NCBI RefSeq assembly: GCF_963506605.1
Contig: NC_083291.1
Coordinates: 21,142,001 to 21,206,000 of the forward strand
DNA from: Zootoca vivipara
Lineage: Eukaryota
Length of the DNA: 64,000 nt
Reading direction: 5' to 3'
Shown: positions 1-13,500 of the stretch, one piece after another
Position numbering within the stretch: position 1 is the stretch's first letter
Layout of the letters: every line of letters begins with the position of its first letter
Position numbers and translations under genes: made by a program
Notes under the pieces: model-generated
Told to the model about the DNA's origin: nothing
The model's input: the letters and a program-made list of their open reading frames with translations, nothing else
Databases searched by the model: none

Positions 1-196
1 ACTACAGAACCTTTTTATTTGGAAGGAACGAATCTAAAAGATGTTTTTCCATAAAATGATCAAGAAATAAGAGTTTAACCTTATACTGTAACTGCTACTA
101 AGATTATAACAGCTAAAAATTGGGGACGGGGGGAAGTCTATCTCTTACTATATCTGAATGGATAGAGAAAATTTGGTACAATAGTTACTATGATTA

Positions 197-360
197 CCGT
201 ATATTCCGGCGTATAAGACGGCCCCCAACCTTTCCAGTTAAAGTTTGAGTTTGGGATATACTCGCAGTATAAGAAATACGACCCGGTGTATAAGACGACC
301 CCCTACTTTTGAGAAGATTTTCCTGGGTTAAAAAGTAGACTTATACGCAGGAATATACAG
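197..360. mobile_element. Tc1/mariner-type MITE
   Basis: Imperfect TIRs CCGTATATTCCGGCGTATAAG / CTTATACGCAGGAATATACAG, TA on both flanks (195-196, 361-362). Confidence 0.75.
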
Positions 361-786
361 TATGGTTTATGGGGAAATGGGTATTTTTTGTAACATTTTG
401 GAACAAGTTTAATGAGAAGATTCACCTTCATGCTTCTTTCAACCTGCTGTAATAGTATTTCTTCGTGCTCTTTATTTTTGGGTTTGTTTGTTTTTTAAAT
501 GTTGCTGATTATAAATTATGGTTTACTCAGAAATGTACCATTGTTTTCACTGGGACTTAATGGTTTCAGAAAGAATTTGTGTCCGCTTCTTGTTTTTCTA
601 TTCTAAGCAATTATCCAAAACAACTCCTGAAACTATATATTAAAGTTCAAACTCAAATACACATATGTATAACTGAACCAAAGATGAACTTTTACAAAGC
701 TAAAACAGGTTTCAAAATTGTTGGAAATTTTTTTTAAAATTGCTGGAAAGTTGTTTTTATTGACACACTCAAGCAAATCAGGAACT

Positions 787-1534
787 TTATCTCCTTTTTG
801 TGCCTCCAAAACCTAAGAGACAGAAAGAGAAAGATGATCAGTCAATGGGTAATACTTTTGAAAACAGATTGAAAAAATAATTTTATATTATATACATAAA
901 TTCTATTAATGTTTACTTGTTTTTAAATTATTCCCCACCCCACCCCCACTCTTTGTTTTCAACTGTTCTTATTTTATCTGTAAGCAGCCTTAAGTCACTG
1001 TCAGAGAAAAAGGCAAGGAAAAAATAAATAAATATGTATATAAAAACCACCACCAATTAAACATTACTACAAATGTGTTGTCTTGTGTTGTGTTGTATGT
1101 GTGTGTGTCTGTCCATATCCTCTCTCATCTATTACAATGTTCAATAGAGCTGCATTTGAGTAAATATTGTAGACGTAAGACAAGACCTTTTGAAAATAGG
1201 TGGAAAGCAGTTCTACTCACATATTTTAATATACGGTACTAATTTTCTATATGCCAGATGCGAGGCAGTAATATGGGAGAGTATTAAATTATGTGTGCTT
1301 TCTCCTACATTATGTTGTACAGTCCAGATAGGTTTATCAGCTTGGTGAAAACTAAACCTAAATCGTATGAAAAGTGAGGCAGATGACTTGTCACTTACCT
1401 ACCCCCAAAGATTTAAACAGGAATTACATTACGGAATGGTAATGACAAAACATCGTTCCAAAACAAATTTATTGATATGCATCAACTAAATTTTGTAAAG
1501 CTAAAATATTGACAGACGTCTTATGGGGAAAATA

Positions 1535-1568
<34 letters not shown>

Positions 1569-4500
1569 TTATTATTTATACCCCGCCCATCTGGCCGGGT
1601 TCCCCCAGCCACTCTGGGCGGCTTCCAACAAAACAGAAATTCTAAAATACAGAGATCCATCAAACATTAAAATACAGAAATCCATCAAACATTAAAAGCT
1701 TCCCTAAACAGGGCTGCCTTGAGATGCCTTCTAAAGGTCTGGTAATTGTTGTTCTCTTTGACCTCTAGTGGGAGGGCATTCCACAGGGTGGGTGCCACTA
1801 CCGAGAAGGCCCTCTGCCTGGTTCCCTGTAACTTGGCTTCTCGTAGTGAGGGAACCGCCAGAAGGCCCTCGGAGCTGGACCTCAGTGTCCGGGCAGAACG
1901 ATGGGGGTGGAGACGCTCCTTCAGGTATACCGGACCGAGGCCGTTTAGGGCTTTAAAGGTCAACACCAACACTTTGAATTGTGCTCGGAAACGTACTGGG
2001 AGCCAATGTAGGTCTTTTAGGACCGGTGTTATGTGGTCTCGGCGGCCGCTCCCAGTCACCAGTCTAGCTGCCGCATTCTGGATTAGTTGTAGTTTCCGGG
2101 TCACCTTCAAAGGTAGCCCCACGTAGAGCGCATTGCAGTAGTCCAAGCGAGAGATAACTAGAGCATGCACCACTCTGGAGAGACAGTCAGTGGGCAGGTA
2201 GGGACTCAGCCTGCGTACCAGATGGAGCTGATAAACAGCTGCCCTGGACACGGAGTTGACCTGTGCCTCCATGGACAGCTGTGAGTCTAAGATGACTCCC
2301 AGGCTGCGCACCTGGTCTTTCAGGGGCACAGTTACCCCATTCAGGACCAGGGAGTCCTCCACACCCGCCCGCCTCCTGTCCCCCACAAACAGTACTTCTG
2401 TCTTGTCAGGATTCAATCTCAATCTGTTAGCCGCCATCCATCCTCCAACCGCCTCCAAGCACTCACACAGGACCTTCACCGCCTTCACTGGTTCTGATTT
2501 AAAAGAGAGGTAGAGCTGGGTATCATCAGCATACTGATGGACACCCAGCCCAAACCCCCTGATGATCTCTCCCAGCGGCTGCATATAGATGTTAAAAAGC
2601 ATGGGGGAGAGGACAGAACCCTGAGGCACCCCACAAGTGAGAGCCCAGGGGTCTGAACACTCATCCCCCACCACCACTTTCTGAACACGGCCCAGGAGGA
2701 AGGAGCGGAACCACTGCATGACAGTGCCCCCAGCTCCCAAACCCTCTAGACGATCCAGAAGGATGTTATGGTCGATGGTGTCAAAAGCCGCTGAGAGATC
2801 CAGCAGAACAAGGAAACAGCTCTTACCTTTGTCCCTAGCCCGCCGGAGATCATCGACCAGTGCGACCAAGGCAGTTTCAGTCCCATGGTGAGGCCTGAAT
2901 CCTGACTGGAAGGGATCCAAATGGTCCGCTTCTTCCAGGCGTGCCTGAAGTTGTTCAGCAACCACTCGCTCAATCACCTTGCCCAAGAATGGAAGATTTG
3001 AGACTGGGCGATAGTTGGCCATATTGGCCGGATCTAAAGATGGTTTTTTAAGAAGCGGTTTAATAACCGCCTCTTTCAGCGGGTCTGGGAAGGCTCCTTC
3101 ATGGAGAGAAGCATTTACCAACCCGCGAAGCCCATCGCCCAGCCCCTCCTGGCTAGCTTTTATAAGCCAGGATGGGCAAGGATCAAGGAGACAGGTGGTT
3201 GGTTTCACTCGTCGAAGCAGCCTGTCCACATCCTCGGAGGTAACAGATTGAAATTGATCCCACAAAACTTGACTAGACAGGACTCTAGCACTCCCCCGCC
3301 CCGGCCCTGCTCCCACGGTGGAGTCTACCTCTTCCCGAATCTGAGCGACTTTATCTGCAAAAAACTTTGCAAAATCATTGCAGGAGATCATGTGGCCCGT
3401 ACTGGGCCCGGATGGAGCAGGTGGTTCCGCTAAATTGCGAACCACCTGGAAGAGTCTCCTGCTGCTGTTTTCTGCAGATGCGATGGAGACGGTGAAGAAG
3501 GTCCTCTTCGCTGTCGCCATTGCCACTTGGTAGGCTCGAAGTTGAGCTCTAGCCCGTGTCCGGTCTGATTCAAAATGAGTTTTCCGCCACCGGCGCTCTA
3601 GCCGTCTCAACGACTGTTTCATCGCCCTCAGCACCGGGGAAAACCACGGGGCTGTCCGGGCTCCATGCAATCTGGTAAGGTGAATGTGGGTGATAGAAAA
3701 TAGAAACAATATATACAACACAATACAAAAACAAACAAAAACAAAAGGTGTACAGTGGTGGAGGGAAGTCACAGGGGTTGGAATAAGGAAATATATAAAC
3801 AGAGATATACATATATAATTTTGAATGTATCGCTAAGAATGTTAAAATGTGTAACAATGTAATAATGCAAATAAAATAAAAATATCACGAAGAAGCAAAA
3901 TTAAAATTAATCAGGAATTAAATGCAATCAATTTCTCTGGACTGCAGTGAAGTGATTAAAGTTACCGCCCCTAAGGTTCACCAGGAAAATAAAGATAACA
4001 TAGCTTATAACTTACCTGAGGTGGACTTTGTCCCTGAATAAGATGTTGCAGAGCTGTTTGAAGCACCAAATGTAGGAGGTGGGGCAGTTGGGCCAGCCCA
4101 CGTATTATGGTAAGGTGAATGTGGGTGATATGTAGATGACCTGTGGTGGGGAGAAATCGATTAAACTATTTTAGTGGCAAATGTCATTTCCCCACCACAT
4201 GCAATAGCAGTACTAATACAAATGTTTAAAGAAACAGATAAGCTAGAATAGAAGTGGGGAGATAAAAATATAAAATATTTTCCCCCTATAGATTTTATTA
4301 AAGTTTGAAAGAAAATAATACAGTAAATATATTGGATGTTTGATACTAAGCTTTGTATCAAAAAAGCAAAAACAAAACTAATCTACATAAAAACAATTCA
4401 AAATTAAGAAAAAAGAACTGCTGATTCTTTGTTAGCTATATATAGAAAATTATTCCAAACATCCACTCTAAGGTAACACCCTACAATTACACTTTTTATA

Positions 4501-7500
4501 AACCAATATTTTCTTCAGTCCTTAAACCCAGATATCGCACGTTCATGTTCTTTATCAGGCAAAAAAGTCTACTGTATAAGGAGTCTGTTTTTTAAAAAGT
4601 GGAAGGTCATAAAATGTGAAACTCCTCACCAGCAACAAAGGCATTGTGAACCCAGAAACCAACCACCCCTTTCTTTTAAAAAGGTCACTAAAGGAAAAAC
4701 ACATTTATATACGCAAGTGGATATTCAGTAATTTTGGGAAGAGTCATAGCACAGTAGCAGATTCTAAGGGCTGAGGAAGAACCCTGCCTCAAACCCTAGA
4801 GTTATGCTACCAGTCAGTGTTGAGAATACAGAGGTAGGTGAACCAATGGGTCTGACATATAAAGCAGCTTTCTAGTTCCTAACAGCAAGAAATTACAAGT
4901 AAACTTTCACCATACAAGTAACACATGACTGGTTATTTTAATAAGAACTCTGCTGGAATGCCAGTGATGCATTCATCCAGATACTGGAAGCTTTTTTATT
5001 TTTTTTAGAAAAATTCAAATCAAAATGTTGGATGTAGCTTTCAGTTCTTGTTGCTATTATTTATTCAATAAGAAAATAGGGATCCTAGTGTGGTTACAGT
5101 TAAAAAAAATTATATTAAAAACAATTAAAACCCATTACAGGCACAAGAATAGGATGGGTCTTGAAAACACAAGTTGTAAACATAGCTCACCCAGCAAAAG
5201 TTGCAGGTTTGAGACAAGACAATTTATATCAGTAATCAAGAACAGCTTTTGAGTCAGTCTCATGTTTTGCATCCTTTAATTTCTAAATGTGTCAAGAAAC
5301 CCCAAAGGGACATTTCTTTGTAACATTTCTTGATTTTGCATTGGCCTTAAACCAGCAGCACAACTGGACACCTTCATCTGCCCCAGCCGCAAACAAAACG
5401 TGTCTCTCCCATAATGGTCTCTACAGCCACAGGAGGCGCTGTAACCTTCCAACAATGACTTCACCCCCAAAGGCACATTCTTCCATTGTCCCCCAAGACA
5501 GACAGATGCAAACCAATCTAGTAAACAAGGATCAATTATGGCATAAGCTGCTACAACCAATGCTGGTAAAAGATTGCTATCTAGGCCCCATCTATAAATT
5601 CAAAGAGGGACGCGGTGGTTTAAACCACAAAGTCTAGGGATTGCCGATTGGAAGGTCGGCAGTTCGAATCCCTGCGACGGAGTGAGCTCCCGTTGTTCGG
5701 TCCCTGCTCCTGCCCACCTAGCAGTTCGAAAGCACGTCAAAGTGCAAGTAGATTAATAGGTCCGATGGGAAGGTAAATGGCGTTTCCGTGTGCTGCTCTG
5801 GTTTGCCAGAAGAGACTTAGTCATGCTGGCCGCATGACCCGGAAGCTGTACGTCAGCTCCCTCAGCCAGTAAAGCGAGATGAGCGCACAACCCCAGAGTC
5901 GTCCATGGCTTTCCCCAAAGCACCCCTATATTCCCCTCACAGGTCTCCTAACAAATCTGTAATAAATAAAACCTGCCCTTATTCCCTTATCTCCTTTGTA
6001 GGTTCTCCATCAGTAGGAGAGAATAGCAGAGGCCAACCAGAGAATATTGAGAAGCAAAGCAGCTAGGTAGTAAGCCTGATCTTTATTGAACTGTTGCAAC
6101 AATGGTGCTCCCCTCACAGGCAGGAGAAAGAGTACCTAGAACCAAGGCGTGCCTGCCCTTATATAGACATTTAAAACTGCCCATTCTCGAGTCCAAGACC
6201 ACCCCCAGAAGCATCATACATACATCGCAGAAAAGGCGGTCTACAGCAGATATCTGAGTCGGTTGTTTATCCCGTCTGCCAAGTTATCTGATAATGCCTT
6301 ATCTGATTGCCCTTCCTGGTAGTCTGGCCATTCCTTTGAGATGGTAATCACTTTAATTCCTGAGACAATGGGAAGGTTCCCTCACCCCCTCCTTTCCTTG
6401 CAGAGAAACATTTTGTAAGTTTGGGAGTCAAAATGGTTTCAGGGCTGTCCTCCTGTGCTGCTTCACACATGGGGCCCATACATGGTACATTGGTGAACAT
6501 ATATATATATATATACACATACATACATACATACATACATACATACATACATACATAAGACCTTAAATTTTTTTGTTTCTACTCTCAGCACCCTTAACAA
6601 ACCACAGTTTCCAAGATTCTTTGAGGGAAGCCATGGCTGTTTAAAGTGATATGATACTGCTTTAAATGTATAATTCAGATGGGGTATTATATACAGGTTA
6701 GATCACAATAGGGCCATGTTGGTAACAGTGTTTTAACAGAAATACTGTTAATAGCAAGACGGAAAACAACAGGATTGCATTTTAGCTCTTTTTCTGTTTC
6801 TTTTTCTATGTAAATAACATGGTTACTGAGTTGTCATCAACTTCCTTTTTCCTCTGATTTACATGGGCTGTGATCTTGGCTGTGTTTTACACTGATAACT
6901 GAGCACTGATAAGCTGTTACTTAAATTTCATTCCTTTTGAAGCAGCAGTTAATAAACTATACTACAAAACAATTATGTCGGGGGGGGGGGGGAAGCACAA
7001 AGGGAAATGGAGAGAAAAGGGAGGCTTGATAAGCAAAAGGAGCCAAAGAAACCAGTCTGGGGAGAAATAACCTGGAATGTAAAATGAGCTAAGAGGAGCT
7101 GGAGATCAAATAAGTAATTAACAGAATTATACCTAGATCTGGTAATGTAAAGTAGCTAGTTCATAACGAACGAAACTGGAGAAACATTACTGTAGTTGTA
7201 TATTGGAATAGGCAGGCCGCAGGAATGCAAAACAAATATTAGAAGCTTATGTTAGAAAGAAGGAAGACCAGCTTAAAGACGATTTATAGTAACTTGACCT
7301 TTGAATTATATTTTCAAATGTACACCTCTCCTTTTTGTTTTTTAAGAACTCCCCAAAACAAAAGATAATATGCAACAAGCAAAACACAATTTAAGAATTT
7401 TTAGTATTTGAAATATTCTGTTATTTGAAAGCAAAGACCACCATTGAACACCTCATTTCTCCTGAAGCTGCTGCTTTACTATAAACAGGGTAGCAGGAAT

Positions 7501-10500
7501 TTCTTCACTGAATGATGCAATGCTATGCAACTGCAAAACAAGGAGCCTAATTAAAAGAGCATTGTATCAAGGATAGCCAATTTCTATATTCTCTGGTGGC
7601 CAATCTGGTTTCCAGACTGTGGGCCTGAAGAATACTTTGCACACAACCTAACTCCTTCATGGCTACTATAATAAAGTCTCCAAGTGACTACAGGCTTGAT
7701 TACTATGTACAGAGATGCAGCACTTCAAGTACAAGATAAATATTTCTCAGAACTTTAAGCATTTTTTCCCCTTTTGAAACTGTAGCATGCTTAATAAAAT
7801 ATTACAAATTATATCACGTCAAATGCTAGAAACGCAATATCAATACTGCAGATTTTATATCATCTCTAGAAGAAATATATTCCAAATGAAATGAGAACAG
7901 ATTCTGGAAGTTTTTGGCTTTACGTTAGGGATTAATTTTACTCTAGATGTTAGGGCTCATAATTGATTTTGAATGTATTGATTGCAGCGACGATTGTTTT
8001 AGCTATACACCAAAAAATTCCAGTTATTCCCCTAATTGTTGTTGTTGTTTAGTCATTTAATAGTGTCCGACTCTTCGTGACCCCATGAACCAGAGCATGC
8101 CAGGCACTCCTGTCTTTATTCCCCAAATTAGAGAATGGTTAATCAAAACTTTAAAAATAGAAGACATAAATTATTGGATGTTGCATGAAGAAGACAATCT
8201 CTCACTTTGGTTTCTTGTCCTTGGGAATGCCATTCCTTTCACCTCTCACACATTTTATGTAAATATATCACCCACCAGGCCCAGAAAGTATTGTTGCCAA
8301 GAGAAAACAAGGTAGATAGTCTTAGAGCTTACCTTTGGTTGCCTGCCAGGTATCCCAGTAGCCCTCCAGCACCTAACCCAGTCCAGAATCCAGGCCCAGA
8401 ATTTGAATTTGAACCAGAATACGAGCCACTAGCATCACCTTAATCCAAATAAAATTATATAGATTTAGATTAAACAATCTTTGAAACAGAAGCAGTGCTG
8501 CTATGTTTAAGAAAAGTTACAAGAGGGCTATTTGCTTTGGAATGTCACTCAAGATCAAGGAATCCTCTCAAATTATTTCAGACGTTGAATCAAGGGCTGC
8601 TTAAAAACTCTGAAATAATGAAGGGGAACTACACTAACAGTTCACACATGCACACTCATAATTCCCATTACGTAATGCTTCCAGATTCACAATGGGTAAT
8701 ATGAAGGCAATTCATCCGATGTTAATTCATACATGCAAATCATCATGATGCTATAGTTAACAAGGTAAAGGTAAGGTAAAGGGACCCCTGACCATTAGGT
8801 CCAGTCGTGACCGACTCTGGGGTTGCGCACTCATCTCGCATTATTGGCCGAGGGAGCCGGCGTACAGCTTCCAGGTCATGTGGCCAGCATGACAAAGCCG
8901 CTTCTGGCAAACCAGAGCAGCACATGGAAACGCCGTTTACCTTCCCGCTGTAGAAGTTCCTATTTATCTACTTGCATTTTGACATGCTTTCGAACTGCTA
9001 GGTTGGCAGGAGCTGGGACCAAGCAACGGGGGCTCACCCCATCACAGGGATTCGAACCGCCGACCTTCTGATCGGCAAGCCCTAGGCTCAGTGGTTTAAC
9101 CACAGCGCCACCTGGGCCCCAAATAGTGCCCCCAAATAAAAAAATAAAAATAAATAAAAAATAGCATCACTGCTATGTCAGCAAACACTATTGTCCAGCT
9201 TCGGACAAGATCTCTCAATGCCTGTGTTCCTGTTGTCATATACAAGAGAGAACGTTACCTGTGAAGTGGGATTTATATGCTGGAGGAGGTGAGAAGTCTG
9301 ATTTAAATCCTGGTGGAGGGGGACTTCGATGATCCTGCCCATTGGTTCCTGGATAGCCATCATCGTGAGAGAAACCATGTTGTGGCCGGTTATCACAGAG
9401 GAATAGCTTGTAGACGCCGTAAACAAGGACCACAAATAATATTAAGAGGACCACTCCAACACCTGAGCCTAATGAATCATGAGACGTTGTGGAATAGTAA
9501 CTCCCACCAAAGGAATTTGCTTTCTGCTGTCCTTCCTTGGTTAATTCTAATGTGTACTCCAAGCCACATGATCCTTTTAATATGTAAGGGTCATCCGGGT
9601 AATCGTATCCTTCACAGCTTACTTCGATTTTTCCAAAGCGATATGAAATATCCATATGTGCTTTACACTCCCACTGAAAAAGGAAACATCATTTGTTATT
9701 TTTGCTTCCTTTTAAGTAGAATAATATAAACTACAGATACCAAATTGTGTCTGTCCACAAGTGGACTAGATATCTATGAGCAAAATGGATTCCCCCTCCC
9801 TGCCCCTTAAATGTAAGCTAGATGACTTTATGGAGCAGATCTGACTGAGCATACAGGGAGAGAAGGAGAAGTCCTATCATATGAAAGGACTTCTGCTCAC
9901 ATGACCGTGGATCTCACAAATAATGTTACTTAAAAACAGTGTAACACGCACAGCATTTCTGTTTCCTGCAGATTGGGGGCAGGTTCTCAAAAGGAATTTC
10001 ACAAGAACATAACACTAAATAATTAATAAATTTGGACCTTGTAGTAAGACTTTAAACATTCATTCTCTGAGTTCTGTAGCAGTCAACACCAACTGTTTGA
10101 TTGCATATATATGGTACTTTATTTTTATTCTCAAGGGCTTTTTAAATTTATTAGGATGCATGTATCCTCAAAATATTAAAACAGCATGTCATTATTATTA
10201 TTTTAAATGGTTAAAGTTTTAAACAAAAGTTGGCAGAGAGGCTGTCAAAACTTTTGTTCAGAGTGAAATAGCATACATTTCATACATTCTGTGCCAGCTT
10301 CTTCTCTGCCTGAGATTTAAAAAGTAAGCCAGAAATGAATATGTCTTTTAGAAGTCACATCCCTTTGGTAAGGAACTACAGTGGTACCTCGACATCCGAA
10401 TGCCTTGACTTCCGAAGGTTTCGACTTACGAAGTTGGCAAACCCGGAAGTCTTTTTGCCATGCGTGTGGTCCACGCATGCGCAGAAGTGCAAAATCTCGC

Positions 10501-13500
10501 TTTGCGCATGCACAAAATGGACGCTTCGACATCCAAAGGTTTTGACTTACGAAGGGCGCCATGGAACGGATTGTCTTCGTAAGTCGAGGTACCGCTGTAA
10601 AGCACTTCTCTATTTTCTAATGACTTGGCACAATGCATTATCAAATTACAAAAAAAGAAAACCAAAACAGTACTTGACTTTATTATATGCCGTAAATACT
10701 GTATTTTTGGCCTAAAGAGTTCAATCTTCCAGGATTATAAATTAGTTATTTTAAAGAATGCAATGCAATAAAAAATTATCCTTATGGAGTTTACTCATCT
10801 AACATTCAAACCAGAATCGTCAGTCTACTTGTTGTAGAAGACTTCAAAATATTCCACTAATTCATTCTTGTGGCTGAGGAAGCAGGTTGGTCAACAATCT
10901 TGTTTGGAGAACTTTTATTACAGTTCAGTTTTTCTAAAAAAACAGAGTCCCATAAATGAGGGAAGCTTGTCTTTACCCACTTAACAGGATTCACAAAGTG
11001 GCTCGGGGAAGACTGTCAAACAGAAGTACGTACTCTTTAATAGCACAGGAACACTTGAAAGAAATATGGACCCACTTTGTAGAGGAGTTAGCTTCTCTCA
11101 ATCTAGCTGTTTGTTTTTTACCTCCTACGGTACATCTGGCTGGAAATGGAAGCATCAATGGTTCATCACCTTAAGTCCTGCCCATTTTGCCTTATGTATG
11201 CCTTATCAAGGGAACATACAGCATTTTCTCACCCCAACACCAGGATTAATTTATACAGATTCCCAAGTAACTATACCTGTACATCGTAGCCATCCCAGCC
11301 TTTGTTGTAACACTGGACAACCTCAGGGGTGTACGCTGCACATCCAGCTGAGCCGCCAGTACAGTGCAACTGGGGAACTGGAGATGTCCGTCGAGAATTT
11401 GTAAACCTGCCTGGGTAGAGTGTCAGGGCTTGGATTTCTCGCAACAAAATTTTATCTGGAAGAATGTGTGAGTTACAAAAATACATTGAGAAACACTAGG
11501 CAAAAATAGGAATGCAGACTTTTCCTTTTTTAAAAAAAAAATCCAGGGTAAACACTAAAAGCCAACAGTTAACTTCTCAGTAGAATAATTCCTGTTACCA
11601 TTTTCCCAGTATTTCCCAGCTGCCTATGACAATCCCAAATACTGATTTAACAAATAATATTACAAAGCTCTCTACTGTCTGAAAACTAAGCACAGAAAAA
11701 AGGATTTTCTTTTCTTATGCTCTACATATATGCTGATACATAATTACTGGAGGACAGGAAAGCACTGCCTTGCTGGATCAGGCCAATACCCCATTTCACC
11801 TTTTCTCAAACTTGGTTCCCCAGATGTTGGACTACCAACACCCATCATCCTGGCCCACTCGTCCTGGTAACTAGGAGTGATGGGAGTTGTAGTCCAACAA
11901 CATCTGGGGAACAAAGTTTGAGAAAGGCTGTTCCATATTGTCAAGTATTTTGTTTCCAAGATCTGTCAGCCAGGTGTCTTTGAAATCTCAGTAAGCAAGG
12001 TACTGTATGTACAGTGGTACCTCGGTTTATGAGCACAATTGGTTCCGGAAGTCTGTTCATAAACTGAAGCGTTCATAAACTGAAGCAAACTTTCCCATTG
12101 AAAGTAATGGAAAGTGGATTAATCCGTTCCAGATGGGTCCGCGGAGTACTCAACCTGAAGCGTACTTAACCCGAAGCATGGGTGTAATTGGTTCTGGAAG
12201 TCTGTCCATAAACTGAAGCGTTCATAAACTGAAGTGAACTTTCCCATTGAAAGTAATGGAAAGTGAATTAATCCGTTCCAGATGGGTCCGCGGCGGTCGT
12301 AAACCGAAAATTCATAAACTGAGGTGTTCATAAACCGAGGTTCCACTGTATCTTATTTTATACTAGTGTCATTCAGCCCATTAAATAAATGGGCGCTAGA
12401 ACGGGCCCCTCCCACAGCCGCCGCTTCGTCGTTGCGCTCTGCTGAGCCCAGCTGGCGCCCAGGAGAAGGCCGCGATTCGGCCTCTTTCTGCGGTGGCGGC
12501 GCCCACGGCTGCTGCTTCGTTGGGGCGCTCCACTTGCTGCTGGTCGCAGGGGGGGAGCGTAGGGGGGGAGGAAAAGCAAGCAGCCTCCTCCTCGCGCAGT
12601 GAGGCGCTTGTCCAGCCGGGAGCAACGGTTGGCGGCCACAGGTAAACGGTAGGCAGAGGGGTGGGGTGAGGAGTGTGTGTGTGTGTGTCCAGTCTCTGCG
12701 TCCAATCCGTGTCCGTGGGGCACATGCGCAGTAGCGTGGACACAGGGACTGGACGCAGACACACTTGCACATTATTATATAGGATTTGCCCAGCATAATA
12801 ATAATAATCAAATATACTGTATATAGTGTTTGGACATGGAGGTTCCATTTAATTTACAATCCTATCTACAACCGAACTGCAGCACATTGGATCTGAATTC
12901 CACATTCCATGAAATACACAGCATTGGGCTGTTACACTGAAGCCCAATTAGCCCACTACCTATTCATAAGATGCCTTTGAAAGCTACAGCTTTCCCCTGG
13001 TCTGACTAGTGATTACGGTAGTATGCAGAGAGATACTGCTGCTGAATAGGAAGGTTTTCATGTTGTCACCACCGTTACTGAGAATATGAAAAGACACTTG
13101 TTGCATCACACCAAATATTCACTTAGTGACCAGATTATTCTGGAACTCTTACAAAAAGGCAACTGCTCTCCTGTTTATTTCTCTCCCCCACCTACACCCC
13201 CAAAACCCCAGTCATATCCAGAGACAAACTGCCTCGGAGCCTGCATCTTTCATTTGTTAATTCATTAATTCATCCTATATAATAATGTCCAAGTTGTCCC
13301 TGCGTCCAAGCTGTCCCGTGTGTCCCTGGGTCACTGCGCATGTGCCCCAGGGATACAGGGATTGGACGGAGGGACAACGGCCAACCGCCGCTCCGCCAAC
13401 CGCCACTCCGAAGCCCAGTCTCATGCTGGAGGTGCGCGGCGAGGCGGCGGGGGAAAGAAGTGCTCCCCCCCCTCCGGCAGCCTTGCCGCGCACCTCCGGC

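Noticed and set aside
3673-3772. Hydrophobic N-terminus of the 695-aa ORF as a real leader or TM fused to RT
   Set aside because: It lies outside the L2 (junction insert, TSD and flanking T-rich intron); a chance open frame.
5607-5690. tRNA genes at A/B-box sequences (also ~9040-9120, 36332-36400, 48924-48990, 59715-59780, 60540-60615)
   Set aside because: tRNA-derived SINE heads that continue into SINE bodies; no complete cloverleaf seen.
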